From assembly GCA_963716395.1 (NCBI GenBank), contig OY970309.1, positions 2,432,001 to 2,496,000 of the forward strand: 64,000 nt of DNA. The letters are read 5' to 3'. The position numbers and the translations under genes were made by a program. This document shows positions 20,827 to 30,425 of this stretch, piece after piece; the stretch's first letter is position 1; each line of letters begins with the position of its first letter. This DNA is from an uncultured Fibrobacteria bacterium. GTDB taxonomy: Bacteria > Fibrobacterota > Fibrobacteria > UBA11236. The notes below the pieces were generated by a model. The model was not told the DNA's origin, ran no database searches, and saw only the letters and a list, made by a program, of their open reading frames with translations.

Positions 20827-21837
20827 ATGGAGACGGCGATTCCCGGGCGTTGGCTGCTGGTGCTTCCGCCCGAAGGCGCGGCGCGGCAGGTCGGGCAACA
20901 TCTGTGGGCCGCGATGGAAGCTTTGCTGCCCGCCGAACGCCGCCAATGCTTTGACACAGCCGCGCATTTGCGGACCCTGGATCAGATGCTGCGCCTTGCC
21001 GGCGACGAATTGGCCGTGGATTTCATGGGTCAGAGCCTGGCGGTGCAGGCGCTCGACTTCGGCGCCACCCACGTGGTGATTATGGCGTTGGCACCCGTGA
21101 CGTATTTCACCGTGAACCTGCTCAAGCGGCAAGGGGTCAAGACCGTGCATTGGTTCATCGAGGATTACCGCCGCGCGCGCTATTGGGAAAAGGTGCTGCC
21201 GGCCTATACGCATTGGTTCGCCATTCAGCGCGGGCCCATGGAGGCGGCCTGCGCGTCCGCCGGCGTGCGCTGCGCGTATTTGCCCACGGCGGCCGAGGTC
21301 GCGGCCGGGCCGCCGCTGCGGCCCTGGGCGCAGCGCCGTTATGATCTGGCCTTCGTGGGTATGCCCAGCCCGTATCGCCTGCAGGTGTTGGAGGCGTTGC
21401 GGGCCGCGGGCTTGTCTTTGGCCCTGGCCGGACCCGGCTGGGATCGCGCGCCCGCGCCGTTGCGCGCCGGCGTGCTGCATTCGGAATGGGTCGACACACC
21501 CGTGACCTTGGAGTTACTGCGCGACGCGCGCCTGGGCCTGCATGCGCCCTATGACGATCCCGGCGCCGACCGCGCCGACGCCCATGTCAGCCCGCGGTTG
21601 TATGAAGTGCTGGCCTGCGGCGGCGCCTTGCTGTGCGAAGACTCTCCTCTTTGCCGCGAAGCCGTGGCGAGCCTGACCGCCGGATTTTTTGCCGGGCCCG
21701 ACGCGGCCCCCGCCGCCGCACTCCGCCTCTTGGCCCGCCCCCTGTCTACGGCGGACCAGGCTTTGCAACAAACCATGGTGGCGGAGCGGCATAATTATCG
21801 CGCGCGCTTTGCGTCCCTGGCGGCCGCCGCGGTATAA
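20827..21837 (+). CDS. CgeB-like glycosyltransferase family protein
   Basis: WFIED; YLPTA; DLAFVG....R; SPRLYEVLACG; HNYRAR. Confidence 0.7.
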   Translation: METAIPGRWLLVLPPEGAARQVGQHLWAAMEALLPAERRQCFDTAAHLRTLDQMLRLAGDELAVDFMGQSLAVQALDFGATHVVIMALAPVTYFTVNLLKRQGVKTVHWFIEDYRRARYWEKVLPAYTHWFAIQRGPMEAACASAGVRCAYLPTAAEVAAGPPLRPWAQRRYDLAFVGMPSPYRLQVLEALRAAGLSLALAGPGWDRAPAPLRAGVLHSEWVDTPVTLELLRDARLGLHAPYDDPGADRADAHVSPRLYEVLACGGALLCEDSPLCREAVASLTAGFFAGPDAAPAAALRLLARPLSTADQALQQTMVAERHNYRARFASLAAAAV

Positions 21838-21857
21838 ACGTCGGGGCTTTGCGGATT

Positions 21858-22982
21858 TCAGGGAGCGGGTGCAGGCGCGGGAGGCAAACCCGGATCTTCG
21901 GGCGGCGGCGCATGCGTGCGCCGCAAATCCACGGCGAATACTTCTTCGTACATGGTCCAGATGCTGAGAAACAGCGAAGCCAGCACCGGCCCCATGACGA
22001 AGCCCGGCAATCCGAACAGTCCCAGACCGCCGAGCGTGGAGAGCAACACCAGCAAATCATGCATTTTGATGTCTTTGCCCACCAGCACCGGCCGCACCAG
22101 ATTGTCGACGGTCGAAATCACCAGCACGCCCACGATGACCACGGCCAACCCCGCGCCGGTGCGATGCTCCAGAAACAACACGATGGCCGTCGGCACCCAC
22201 ACCGCGGCGGTTCCCACCATGGGAAGTACCGAACAGAAAACCATCAGCACGCCGAGAAACACCGGCGATTGCAGTCCCGCCAGCGAATACAGCACGATGC
22301 CGATGGCGCCCTGCAGCATGCCCACCACCAGAATGCCTTTGAGCGTGGCGCGGCTCACCGACAGAAACTTTTGTAGCAGCACCTCCAGGTAATCGTCGCG
22401 CAGCGGGGAGCGTTGGATCAGTTTGCGCAGCAGGCGTTCCCCGTCCATGTAGAAGTAAAACATCATCAGCAGCATGATGAAGAATCCGGCCACGTTTCCC
22501 GCTACCAGCACCGACCAGCCGGCGCCCTGCTTAAAGGTGTACTGCACGGCCTGGTGCAGGGATTGCGCGGTAAAGCGCGACACGTCGGCCGGGCTCATGT
22601 AGGTCAGCAAAGCAGGAAAGCGATCGCGGGTTTCCTGCGCCAAGCGTTCCAAAGTGGCGGGCAAGGTGGCGAAGTTCACGGAATGGATCAAACCCAGGGC
22701 CTCGTGATAGGCCACGGTGATGGCGGCCGCCATGGGCAATACCAGCACCAGCATCACGATCAGCAAGGTGGTGAAAGAGGCCAGGGCGGGCCGGCGCAGA
22801 CGGCGCAGGAAGAAGCGGTACCAGGGATGCGTCATACCCGTGAACACCCCGGCCATGAGCAAAGTGAGCAAGAAGCTCCGGATCATGTACAGAAAACCCG
22901 CGCTGATCGCGGCCAGCACGAGGACGAAAGAAACTTTCTGAAACAGCGACTGGTTGCGGCTCGCGTCGCCGGCGTCGGGCAT
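21858..22982 (-). CDS. AI-2E family transporter
   Basis: Multiple TM segments; FYFYMDG; DNLVRPVLVG; GFVMGP. Confidence 0.92.
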   Translation of the reverse strand: MPDAGDASRNQSLFQKVSFVLVLAAISAGFLYMIRSFLLTLLMAGVFTGMTHPWYRFFLRRLRRPALASFTTLLIVMLVLVLPMAAAITVAYHEALGLIHSVNFATLPATLERLAQETRDRFPALLTYMSPADVSRFTAQSLHQAVQYTFKQGAGWSVLVAGNVAGFFIMLLMMFYFYMDGERLLRKLIQRSPLRDDYLEVLLQKFLSVSRATLKGILVVGMLQGAIGIVLYSLAGLQSPVFLGVLMVFCSVLPMVGTAAVWVPTAIVLFLEHRTGAGLAVVIVGVLVISTVDNLVRPVLVGKDIKMHDLLVLLSTLGGLGLFGLPGFVMGPVLASLFLSIWTMYEEVFAVDLRRTHAPPPEDPGLPPAPAPAP

Positions 22983-23022
22983 GGGTTAAAGCTAATTTTA
23001 ACCCTTGCCCACAGGCGTTCCC

Positions 23023-24057
23023 ATGCCGAATCCGCCACCGCCATCCCCCTCTCCGTCTCCCGGCACCGCGGTCGCGCAACCGACCGACTTCGTCCGCAAG
23101 GTGGGGCGGGGTAAAACTTTGGCGCGCGACCTGGAGTACCCGGAAGCCGTTCAGGCCTTCGGCCTTTTGCTCGACGGCCGCTTCACGGCCGCGCAGGCCG
23201 GCGCCTTTTTGCAGGCCCTGCGCATCAAGGAACTGAACGCACCGGAACTCGACGGTCTGCTCGCGGCCTTCTATACGCGCATGTTACCCTTGCCCGCCGC
23301 CCCGTCCGCGGGCTTCGCCTTGAACCTGGCCTCGGATACGGGCCGCAAGGGCGGGCTGTTGTCGTTGTTGGCCGCGCGCGTGCTGGCCGCGGCCGGGCTG
23401 CCGGTGGCCTTGGTGCGCAGCGATCCCATGCTGACGGGTAACCAGAATTCCTGGGACGCTACCTGGGCCGCTTGGACGCCGCCGCCTTCGGCCCCGGCGC
23501 CGTCGCTGTTCGCCGTCTACGCGATGCTTCCGGCGCTGCGGCCACTGCGCGAGCTGCGGCGCGAACTCGGTTTTCGCTCGTGCCTGCACACGGCGGAGAA
23601 AATGCTCCAGCCCTGGCCCGGAAGACCGCTGGTGCTGGGCATCTCGCACCGGCATTATGCCGAACGCATGGCCGGGGCCATGCGCCGGCGCGGCCTTTGG
23701 GGGAAAATCGTGCTGGGGAATCACGGCACCCCGGATCTGGTGCTGCACAAGGAAACCGAGATTTGGGAAGTGTCGGCGGCCGGCGACATCGGGGTGATCT
23801 CGGTGCACCCCGACGCGTTGGGATTGCATCCCGATCCCGGCCTCTACGCCCTGGGGGCTTTCGACCGCTGGCCCGAGGCCTGCGCGCAATCCGATTTCGG
23901 GTGGCTACGGCCCGCCCTGGAATACCAGTTGGCCTTCCTGCGTTATGCCGCGGGCGTGGCACCCGATCCCGTCGCCGGCGCCGCGGGGATCGACGCGGTG
24001 ATCCGCGCCGCGTGTTCGCAGACGATGTTAACTTCCTCTCTTCCCGGGGACACATGA
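23023..24057 (+). CDS. Anthranilate phosphoribosyltransferase-like (YbiB/TrpD2-type) protein
   Basis: VGRGK..ARDL..EA..AQAGAFL.ALRIK; LRRELGFRSCLHTAEK; GISH..Y; stop overlaps argA start. Confidence 0.7.
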   Translation: MPNPPPPSPSPSPGTAVAQPTDFVRKVGRGKTLARDLEYPEAVQAFGLLLDGRFTAAQAGAFLQALRIKELNAPELDGLLAAFYTRMLPLPAAPSAGFALNLASDTGRKGGLLSLLAARVLAAAGLPVALVRSDPMLTGNQNSWDATWAAWTPPPSAPAPSLFAVYAMLPALRPLRELRRELGFRSCLHTAEKMLQPWPGRPLVLGISHRHYAERMAGAMRRRGLWGKIVLGNHGTPDLVLHKETEIWEVSAAGDIGVISVHPDALGLHPDPGLYALGAFDRWPEACAQSDFGWLRPALEYQLAFLRYAAGVAPDPVAGAAGIDAVIRAACSQTMLTSSLPGDT

Positions 24058-25421
24058 AATCCGACACTGCCAAAACCGAGGCCGCGAAGTCCAAACCCAA
24101 AGGCCGATCCGGTGCGGCGCCCATTCAGGCGATCCGCGAGGTGTTCGGCTATTTGCGCCGCTACCGCGACCAGGTGTTCGTGATCAAAATCGACGACACG
24201 CTCATGGACTTGCCCCTGTTTCCCATGCTGGTGCGCGACATCGTACTGCTGCACCAAACCGGCATCCGCGTGGTGCTGGTGCCGGGCGCCAAGCATTCCA
24301 TCGACGCCGTGATGCAGAAATACGGCGTGGCGACGCGCACCGTGCGCGGCGTGCGCATCACCACGCCCGAGTCGATGCAACTGGCCAAACTGGGCGCCTC
24401 CAACGTGGCCAATGTGCTGCTCACCTTGTTGTCCGAAAATGCCGCCCATGGCGTGGTCGGCAATTGGGTGCGGGCCCGGGCCATGGGTGTGATCGACGGA
24501 TTGGATTACAAGCAAACCGGATCGGTGGAAAAGGTCGACGCGGCGCTTTTGCACGGCCTGCTCGACGACGGATTGATTCCCATCGTCTCCAACATCGGGT
24601 GGAATACGGTGGGGCGCGACTACAACCTGAACAGCAGCGAGTTGGCCGTGGCCGTAGCCTTGGCCGTGAAAGCCGGCAAACTGTTTTTCGCGGGCGCCGA
24701 AGCCGGCATTCCGGTGGTGGCCGATTGCCCCTTCGCCGAACCCGGTGAACTGCGCGCGGGATTTTTCTCGAACCTTGATCGCGACGAGGGCCGGGCGCTG
24801 CTGCGCGATTACCGCGAGGCCTTGCCGCCGGCTTCGATCGAACTGGTGACTTTGGCCTTGCAGGCCTTGAACGGCGGCGTCGAGCGGGTGCACGTGGTGC
24901 AGGGCGGCCGCGACGGCATTCTGCTGCAAGAGGTGTTCAGCAGTTCGGGCCAGGGCACCATGTTTTACCTCAACGCCTATGACGATATCCATCCGGCGCA
25001 GGCGGCCGACGTTCCGGAACTGTTGCGCATCATGCAACCTTATGTCGATGCGGGCGTGCTGGTGCAGCGCACGGGGGAAGACATCGCCCGCGAGTTGGAA
25101 TACTACGCCGTGTGCAAAATCGACGACACCTTGCAGGGCTGCGGCGCGCTCAAACCCTTCGGCAAATCGGCCGCCGAGTTGTATGCCTTGGTGGTCGATT
25201 CGGCCCATGCCGGCCGCGGCATCGGCGGAAAAATTGTCTCCTATCTCTTGCGCAATGCGCGCCAAGCCGGAATCAAGCGCGTGTTTCTGCTCACCACGCA
25301 AACCAGCGATTTCTTCATGCGCCTCGGGTTTCGCGAGGCGGCCGTATCGTCTTTGCCGCCCGAGCGGCGCAAGGCCTGGAGCCGCGCCCGCAATTCGCGC
25401 GTGCTGGTGCGGGGCGTTTAG
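24054..25421 (+). CDS. argA: Amino-acid N-acetyltransferase (N-acetylglutamate synthase)
   Basis: Kinase-like N-domain (YLRRYR..FVI, G.RIT, TG.V) plus GNAT domain (GRGIG, VFLLTTQT..FF, RNSRVL). Confidence 0.9.
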   Translation: MKSDTAKTEAAKSKPKGRSGAAPIQAIREVFGYLRRYRDQVFVIKIDDTLMDLPLFPMLVRDIVLLHQTGIRVVLVPGAKHSIDAVMQKYGVATRTVRGVRITTPESMQLAKLGASNVANVLLTLLSENAAHGVVGNWVRARAMGVIDGLDYKQTGSVEKVDAALLHGLLDDGLIPIVSNIGWNTVGRDYNLNSSELAVAVALAVKAGKLFFAGAEAGIPVVADCPFAEPGELRAGFFSNLDRDEGRALLRDYREALPPASIELVTLALQALNGGVERVHVVQGGRDGILLQEVFSSSGQGTMFYLNAYDDIHPAQAADVPELLRIMQPYVDAGVLVQRTGEDIARELEYYAVCKIDDTLQGCGALKPFGKSAAELYALVVDSAHAGRGIGGKIVSYLLRNARQAGIKRVFLLTTQTSDFFMRLGFREAAVSSLPPERRKAWSRARNSRVLVRGV

Positions 25422-25460
25422 GCGCCACGGGGCGCGAGTTGGCGCCGTTGGGCGCTTTTG

Positions 25461-25499
25461 TGCCATTTACAATTGGCAATTGCCATTGTATAATGGCAA
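25461..25499 (+). promoter_or_regulatory. vapBC promoter/operator: two TGCCA..TGGCA inverted repeats, the second containing TATAAT
   Basis: tgccatttacaattggca (25461-25478); ttgccattgtataatggcaa (25480-25499); TATAAT at 25489-25494. Confidence 0.75.
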
Positions 25500-25510
25500 C
25501 GGAGAATGGT

Positions 25511-25768
25511 ATGAAATCAAGTCTAGATCGGTTTGGCAGAATCGTGATTCCGAAAAAATTTCGGGATGATTTGGGGCTGGAGCCGGGAGATGCTGTGGAG
25601 GTGCGGGAGTTCGGTCGGGGGATTTTCTTGGAACCCGATCGCCAAACGGCGGCACTTTCGGTGCACGAAGGAGTGCTGGTTTATCAAGCCGATGCGTCCG
25701 GCGATGTGGATCAAGCCTTGCGGGAAACCCGCAAAAGCCGCATCGACCACCTGGGACTTTCGGTTTGA
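25511..25768 (+). CDS. vapB: AbrB/MazE/SpoVT-type antitoxin
   Basis: LDRFGRIVIPKKFRDDLGLEPGD; overlaps the PIN gene. Confidence 0.85.
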   Translation: MKSSLDRFGRIVIPKKFRDDLGLEPGDAVEVREFGRGIFLEPDRQTAALSVHEGVLVYQADASGDVDQALRETRKSRIDHLGLSV

Positions 25769-26199
25769 AGGCGTTTTTCGACACCTCGGTGCTGATTGCG
25801 GGAATGGTCACCAGCCATTCGCGCTACGCATCCGCCTTCCCCTGGTTGCGCAAAGGCGTCGCGGGTGAACTCGAATGGTTTGTCGGCGCGCATACTCTGG
25901 CCGAATTGTACGCGGTTCTCACGCGGTTGCCTTTGAAACCGAAAATACCACCGGCCGCGGCGTGGCGCATGATTCGTGAAAATGTGGAGCGCCACGCCGC
26001 GATCATTCCGCTCTCGGTGACGGATTATAAAAGCGTTTTGCAGTCCCAGGCCGAACTCGGTTTGGAAGGCGGAAATATTTATGACGCCTTGATTGCCAAG
26101 GCGGCCGAGAAGTCCGGAGCGGATGTGCTCTTGACCTTGAATCTCAAAGATTTTGTTTCGGTTTGGCCCAAAGGCAAGACGAAAATCCGGGAGCCCTAA
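25765..26199 (+). CDS. vapC: PIN-domain toxin
   Basis: FFDTSVL; TLAELY; IYDALI; LTLNLKDF. Confidence 0.9.
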   Translation: MKAFFDTSVLIAGMVTSHSRYASAFPWLRKGVAGELEWFVGAHTLAELYAVLTRLPLKPKIPPAAAWRMIRENVERHAAIIPLSVTDYKSVLQSQAELGLEGGNIYDALIAKAAEKSGADVLLTLNLKDFVSVWPKGKTKIREP

Positions 26200-26284
26200 T
26201 AAGGCGCACGGTCGCGCCTGTTTGCGCGCTCGCGGCGCTTCACGGAAAGGCTGGAACTGACCGTAACTCCCGCGTCACGCCCGT

Positions 26285-26812
26285 CTACTTGAACTCGCGT
26301 TCGAGCACCGAGACGATGAAGCGTTCCAGGCTGACCGGATAGAAGTGCGGCTGGGGACACCAAATCACGCCGCGGTTGATGATTTCGCCGCGCGTCAACT
26401 CGTTGAGGATTTTCTCGACCAATTCCTCCGAAGGTTCGGGCACGGCCTCGATCGACAATTCCTCGTTGCGGATGCGCAGGTTGTTGCGCGCGGCCAGGCG
26501 GAAGGAGAAAACCCGGCTGACCAAAGCGCGGTCCATGAAGGGCGTGCTTTCGGGTTCGGGAAAAATATCGGCGAAGCGTTCGTCCTGAGGCGAAACCGGA
26601 ATCACCAGTTTCGGACTCACCGAGATTTTTCCCGTCAGCTTCAGGCTTCCGGTTTCACCCTCCTCGGCGTCGCTTTCGTCATTGGGCCCGACCAAGGTGA
26701 AGGGCAAGGTGTGGTACCCCGACACGATGCCGGTGAGGGGGAGTCGGCGGATGTCGGTGTTTTCGTAAATGCGGCGCAGTTTTTCGGGGTCGGCTTGATA
26801 GCGTTCGGACAT
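26285..26812 (-). CDS. Hypothetical protein (175 aa)
   Basis: Protein-like composition; lies directly downstream of comEC. Confidence 0.75.
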   Translation of the reverse strand: MSERYQADPEKLRRIYENTDIRRLPLTGIVSGYHTLPFTLVGPNDESDAEEGETGSLKLTGKISVSPKLVIPVSPQDERFADIFPEPESTPFMDRALVSRVFSFRLAARNNLRIRNEELSIEAVPEPSEELVEKILNELTRGEIINRGVIWCPQPHFYPVSLERFIVSVLEREFK

Positions 26813-26827
26813 CGTTTCAATAATACA

Positions 26828-29173
26828 TCACGGCGTATTTTCGCCGGGCGCGAAGTCCCAGCGCACCGCGCCGGCGTGCGCTGTGACCTGCACTTCGGCA
26901 CCGAGACTTCGTAACAGCGCCAGGGTTTGGCGACCCGGAAAGCCGGGACGATGACCGGCGGAAATGACGGCTTGCGGAGGCGCTTCGGCGCGTAAAAAAC
27001 AAGGCAAGGTGGTGCGGTCGCTGCCGTGATGCGGCGCCTTGAGCCAGGCGTGCCGCCATAGCGGCCAGGTCGAGGCCAGGGCTTTCTGCCCCGGCCCTTC
27101 GATGTCGCCTGTAAACAGGGCGCGTCGCTTCGGGGTCGCGAGCAGGCATACCACCGAGCGGTTGTTGTCCGAGGCCGAGTCGAGCGAGGAATCCGGACCG
27201 AGCACCGACAGCGACACCGCGCCGCGCCGGTACAGCCAGTCGCCGGCCGCAACCGGCCGCCAGGGTACGCCGCGGCGGCGCGCTTGGGCCTGCAGGCTCC
27301 GCCACGAAGGTTGCGCGTCGGGGGAGGTTTTAGGACTAAGAATAGTGGTGATGGGAAACGACCCCACCAGGGCGAACGCGCCGCCGAAATGATCGCAGTC
27401 GGGATGGGTGAGCACCAGGCCGTCGAGGCGCTGGATGCCGCGGCTGCGCAGATAGGAAAGCAAGGTGCGCTGCGCCGTGCGTTGCGAAGGCCCGGCGTCG
27501 ATGACATACACCGCGCCGGGCAATTCCACCACGGCGCCGTCGCCCTGGCCCACGTCGAGAAAGGTGCTGCGCACGGGTTCGCCCGCCAGCCGCCGCGTCA
27601 CGGCCGGCCGGAAAAATTCTGCGACCGCGAGCACCGCCAACCCCAGCAGCGCCAAGCGCCCGGCCCGCGCGCGCCAGGCGGCCGTGATGGCGAAGATGGC
27701 GGCGGCGAAAATCCACAGCCAGACGGCCGGCGGATCGGCGGCCGAGCGCAAGGCGCCGGGCAGGCGCGCCAACGCATGCACGCCGCCGTCGAGCAGGGCC
27801 GAAGCTAGGGCCGCGCAGGCGCCGGCCGCATGCGCCAGCGGCGGAAAGGGAGTGAACACCCAGGTGCACAATCCGGCCAGCAGCATGGCGGCCGCCAGCG
27901 GCGTGACGAGGAGATTGCCGAGCACGCTCCAGGGCGCGAAGGCATGCACCGAGGCCGCCAACAGGGGATAGGTGTACAGGTTCACCATCACACTGAGGAG
28001 AACCACCCCCAGCGCACCGCGTAGAAGGCGCGGGCGCAGGCAACGGGCGGCCAGGTCGCGCGCTCCGCCGGCGCAGAGCACCAGACTCAAGGTGGCGGCG
28101 TAGGAAAGCTGAAAGCCGAGGTTGAGGATGAGGGTGGGGTGGAGCAGCAACTCCCCGGTTACGCATAGTGCCAGCGCATTGAGGGCCGAGGCCGGGCGCT
28201 CGCGCCAGAGCGCCGGCAAGAGCAGGGCGAGCATCCATCCGGCGCGCACCACGCTGGGCGGGGCGCCCACCACGGGAATGTAGACGGCCACGGCCGCGGC
28301 GGCCAAGGTGAAGGCGGTCTTGCGCGGCAGCCGCAGCCATAAGGCGCCGAAGAGCAGAAACGCGGCCAGCAGGGCGATGTGCTCGCCGCTGATGGCGAGG
28401 ATGTGCTGCATGCCGCTGCGCAGAAAGGCCTGCCGGGTTTCTTCGGGAATCCGCTGCCGTTCATTCAGCAAGGTGCCTTCCAGCAAAGGCCGCTCCGGGG
28501 CCGGTACATTTTGCTGCAGGCTTCGCTCCAGGCGGGTGCGCAAGCCGGCCAGGACCCGCATCCACCGCGGCGGCGGCCGGATTTCTTTCCAGGTCTCGCC
28601 GGAGAGAAACGAGATTTCCCCCTGCGATCGCAAGGAGCGGCGCGCATCGCTTTGTCCCGGATTGTCCGGCGCAGCCGGAGGCTGCTCGCGTGCGAGCAAA
28701 AGGCCCGTGGCGCCCCAGCGGGGCCAAGGCGCGTCGGCCGGCAGCGAGGCCAGGAAACAGCCCCGGTCGGTGCGGAAGGGGAAGGTAACACGGGAGTAAC
28801 CTGGCGCGGGAAAATTGCCCACGGTGCCGACGTAATAACGGAAGTTTCCGGCCCGGCGCGGCGGAACGTGGAATAAAAACCCCGATCCCAAGGCGCGAAA
28901 GTTCCCGGCGAACCACAGCGCGCACAGGGGATAGGCGAGCAGAAGCGCAGCGCGCGCGACGCGTTTTTTGGGAAGGCACAGAAAGGCGTGCAGGGCGAAC
29001 CCCGCGGCGCCGGAGATCGGCGACACGAACACGGTGAGCGCCGCCCAGAACACGGGCGCGCACAGGGTCAAGCCCGCATGCAGGTCCGCGCCGCGGCGGC
29101 AGGCCGCGAGGCCGCGAAACGCGGCGGGGCCGGGGGCGGCAAGGCGCATGACGAAAAGCATAGGCGGGTACAA
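26828..29173 (-). CDS. comEC: DNA uptake protein ComEC/Rec2
   Basis: HILAISGEH; PSVVRA; GFQLSY; FLDVGQGD; THPDCDH; HHGS; start uncertain. Confidence 0.92.
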   Translation of the reverse strand: MYPPMLFVMRLAAPGPAAFRGLAACRRGADLHAGLTLCAPVFWAALTVFVSPISGAAGFALHAFLCLPKKRVARAALLLAYPLCALWFAGNFRALGSGFLFHVPPRRAGNFRYYVGTVGNFPAPGYSRVTFPFRTDRGCFLASLPADAPWPRWGATGLLLAREQPPAAPDNPGQSDARRSLRSQGEISFLSGETWKEIRPPPRWMRVLAGLRTRLERSLQQNVPAPERPLLEGTLLNERQRIPEETRQAFLRSGMQHILAISGEHIALLAAFLLFGALWLRLPRKTAFTLAAAAVAVYIPVVGAPPSVVRAGWMLALLLPALWRERPASALNALALCVTGELLLHPTLILNLGFQLSYAATLSLVLCAGGARDLAARCLRPRLLRGALGVVLLSVMVNLYTYPLLAASVHAFAPWSVLGNLLVTPLAAAMLLAGLCTWVFTPFPPLAHAAGACAALASALLDGGVHALARLPGALRSAADPPAVWLWIFAAAIFAITAAWRARAGRLALLGLAVLAVAEFFRPAVTRRLAGEPVRSTFLDVGQGDGAVVELPGAVYVIDAGPSQRTAQRTLLSYLRSRGIQRLDGLVLTHPDCDHFGGAFALVGSFPITTILSPKTSPDAQPSWRSLQAQARRRGVPWRPVAAGDWLYRRGAVSLSVLGPDSSLDSASDNNRSVVCLLATPKRRALFTGDIEGPGQKALASTWPLWRHAWLKAPHHGSDRTTLPCFLRAEAPPQAVISAGHRPGFPGRQTLALLRSLGAEVQVTAHAGAVRWDFAPGENTP

Positions 29174-29298
29174 GGCGTGCGAGCGTGACTCTCGTCACAT
29201 CGGACCGCGGCCTGGGTCGCGTCCGCCTCGAGTCCCCGCAGCTTACAGCGGGGGCATCATTTCCGCGTTACCCGGGTCCGGCAGAATCGCCCCCAAAG

Positions 29299-29329
29299 AA
29301 AAAGCGGGCCCGCGCGGGGCCCGCTTTTC
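29299..29329 (-). terminator. Intrinsic terminator after HU (possibly bidirectional)
   Basis: aaaagcgggccc-loop-gggcccgctttt. Confidence 0.75.
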
Positions 29330-29345
29330 ATGCAAGATCCGAAGA

Positions 29346-29639
29346 CTATTTCTTTTTGCCGGCAATGGCTTCTTTGGCGGCCTTGGCCACGCGGAATTTC
29401 ACCACGCGCTTGGCGGGAATCTTGATCGATTCACCGGTCGCGGGATTGCGTCCCATGCGCGCCTTGCGATTCACCAGCACCAGTTTGCCGAGACCCGGAA
29501 GGGTGAAACCGTTCTTGGCATTCTTGTACGCCAGTTTCGATTGCGCTTCCATGAAGCCGCGCACCTGCACCTTGGTGAGGCCGGTGGCATCGGCCAATTG
29601 GCTGATGATTTCGCTTTGGGTGAGACTTTTTTCTGCCAT
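29346..29639 (-). CDS. hup: HU family DNA-binding protein
   Basis: FTLPGLGKL..RKARMGRNPATGE.IKIPAK.VVKFR. Confidence 0.95.
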   Translation of the reverse strand: MAEKSLTQSEIISQLADATGLTKVQVRGFMEAQSKLAYKNAKNGFTLPGLGKLVLVNRKARMGRNPATGESIKIPAKRVVKFRVAKAAKEAIAGKKK

Positions 29640-29873
29640 GCATGATCCTTTCGAGAGGGTGTTGGGAAAGGCGCAGCGGCCTTTCGAGGGAAATAATGTA
29701 AGTCCTGTGACATGCGGCGGCGAGATGTTTTCCGGTTTTGACCCTGAATTCACGGGGCCGGAGAGCGGTCGCCGTCTGCAACCCCCGGCCGGGTGGGGCC
29801 GGAACGCCGTCGGCTGCGGGCCAAAGGCGCCGCGCAATGCTACCATTCCGGCTCCGTCCCCGCGGCTGCGCGC

Positions 29874-30425
29874 ATGTCTTCCGCCTTTGGATCCGTCTTT
29901 TCGCCCCGCTGTAAAAGGGTTTTGGCCCTGTTGACGCCCGAGCCGCATTGGGAAGAGGAACTGTGCGCCGCGTTGGAATCGGCGTTCGGCCCCATCGATT
30001 TTCGCGGGGCGTTCTTGCCCTTCGCGGACACCGAGTATTATACCGAAGAGATGGGGGCCCCGTTGTATCGGGGCTGGGTATCTTTTCGCGGCCTGGCGGC
30101 GCCCGAGCACTTGGCGCAATGGAAAGAGCAAACGCGCGCCCTCGAAGCGCGCTGGACGCGCGACGGTAAACGCAGCCGCAATCTCGACATCGGGTATCTC
30201 GATCCCGACAAACTGGTGCTGGCGTCTTACAAACGCGGCCCGTTTAAACTGTATTTGGGAAACGCGGTGTGGGCCGACATGGTGATGGGATATGCGCGCG
30301 GATGTTACACATCGACACCGTGGGCTTTTGCCGACTTCCGCTCCGGTCAGTATAATAAGGTCTTGGGAGCCATCCGCGAAAAGTTGAAAGCGGAGATGAG
30401 GGTATGGAACCGCGAACACGTTTGA
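29874..30425 (+). CDS. DUF4416 family protein
   Basis: FGPID..TEYY.EEMG; RSRNLDIGYL..KLVLAS.K; PW.F.D. Confidence 0.8.
   Translation: MSSAFGSVFSPRCKRVLALLTPEPHWEEELCAALESAFGPIDFRGAFLPFADTEYYTEEMGAPLYRGWVSFRGLAAPEHLAQWKEQTRALEARWTRDGKRSRNLDIGYLDPDKLVLASYKRGPFKLYLGNAVWADMVMGYARGCYTSTPWAFADFRSGQYNKVLGAIREKLKAEMRVWNREHV

Noticed and set aside
23472-24053. N-terminal extensions in the ORF track (argA 649 aa; likewise HU 357 aa, SRPBCC 298 aa, vapB 218 aa)
   Set aside because: Extensions overlap other genes and are low-complexity; downstream ATGs match the family starts
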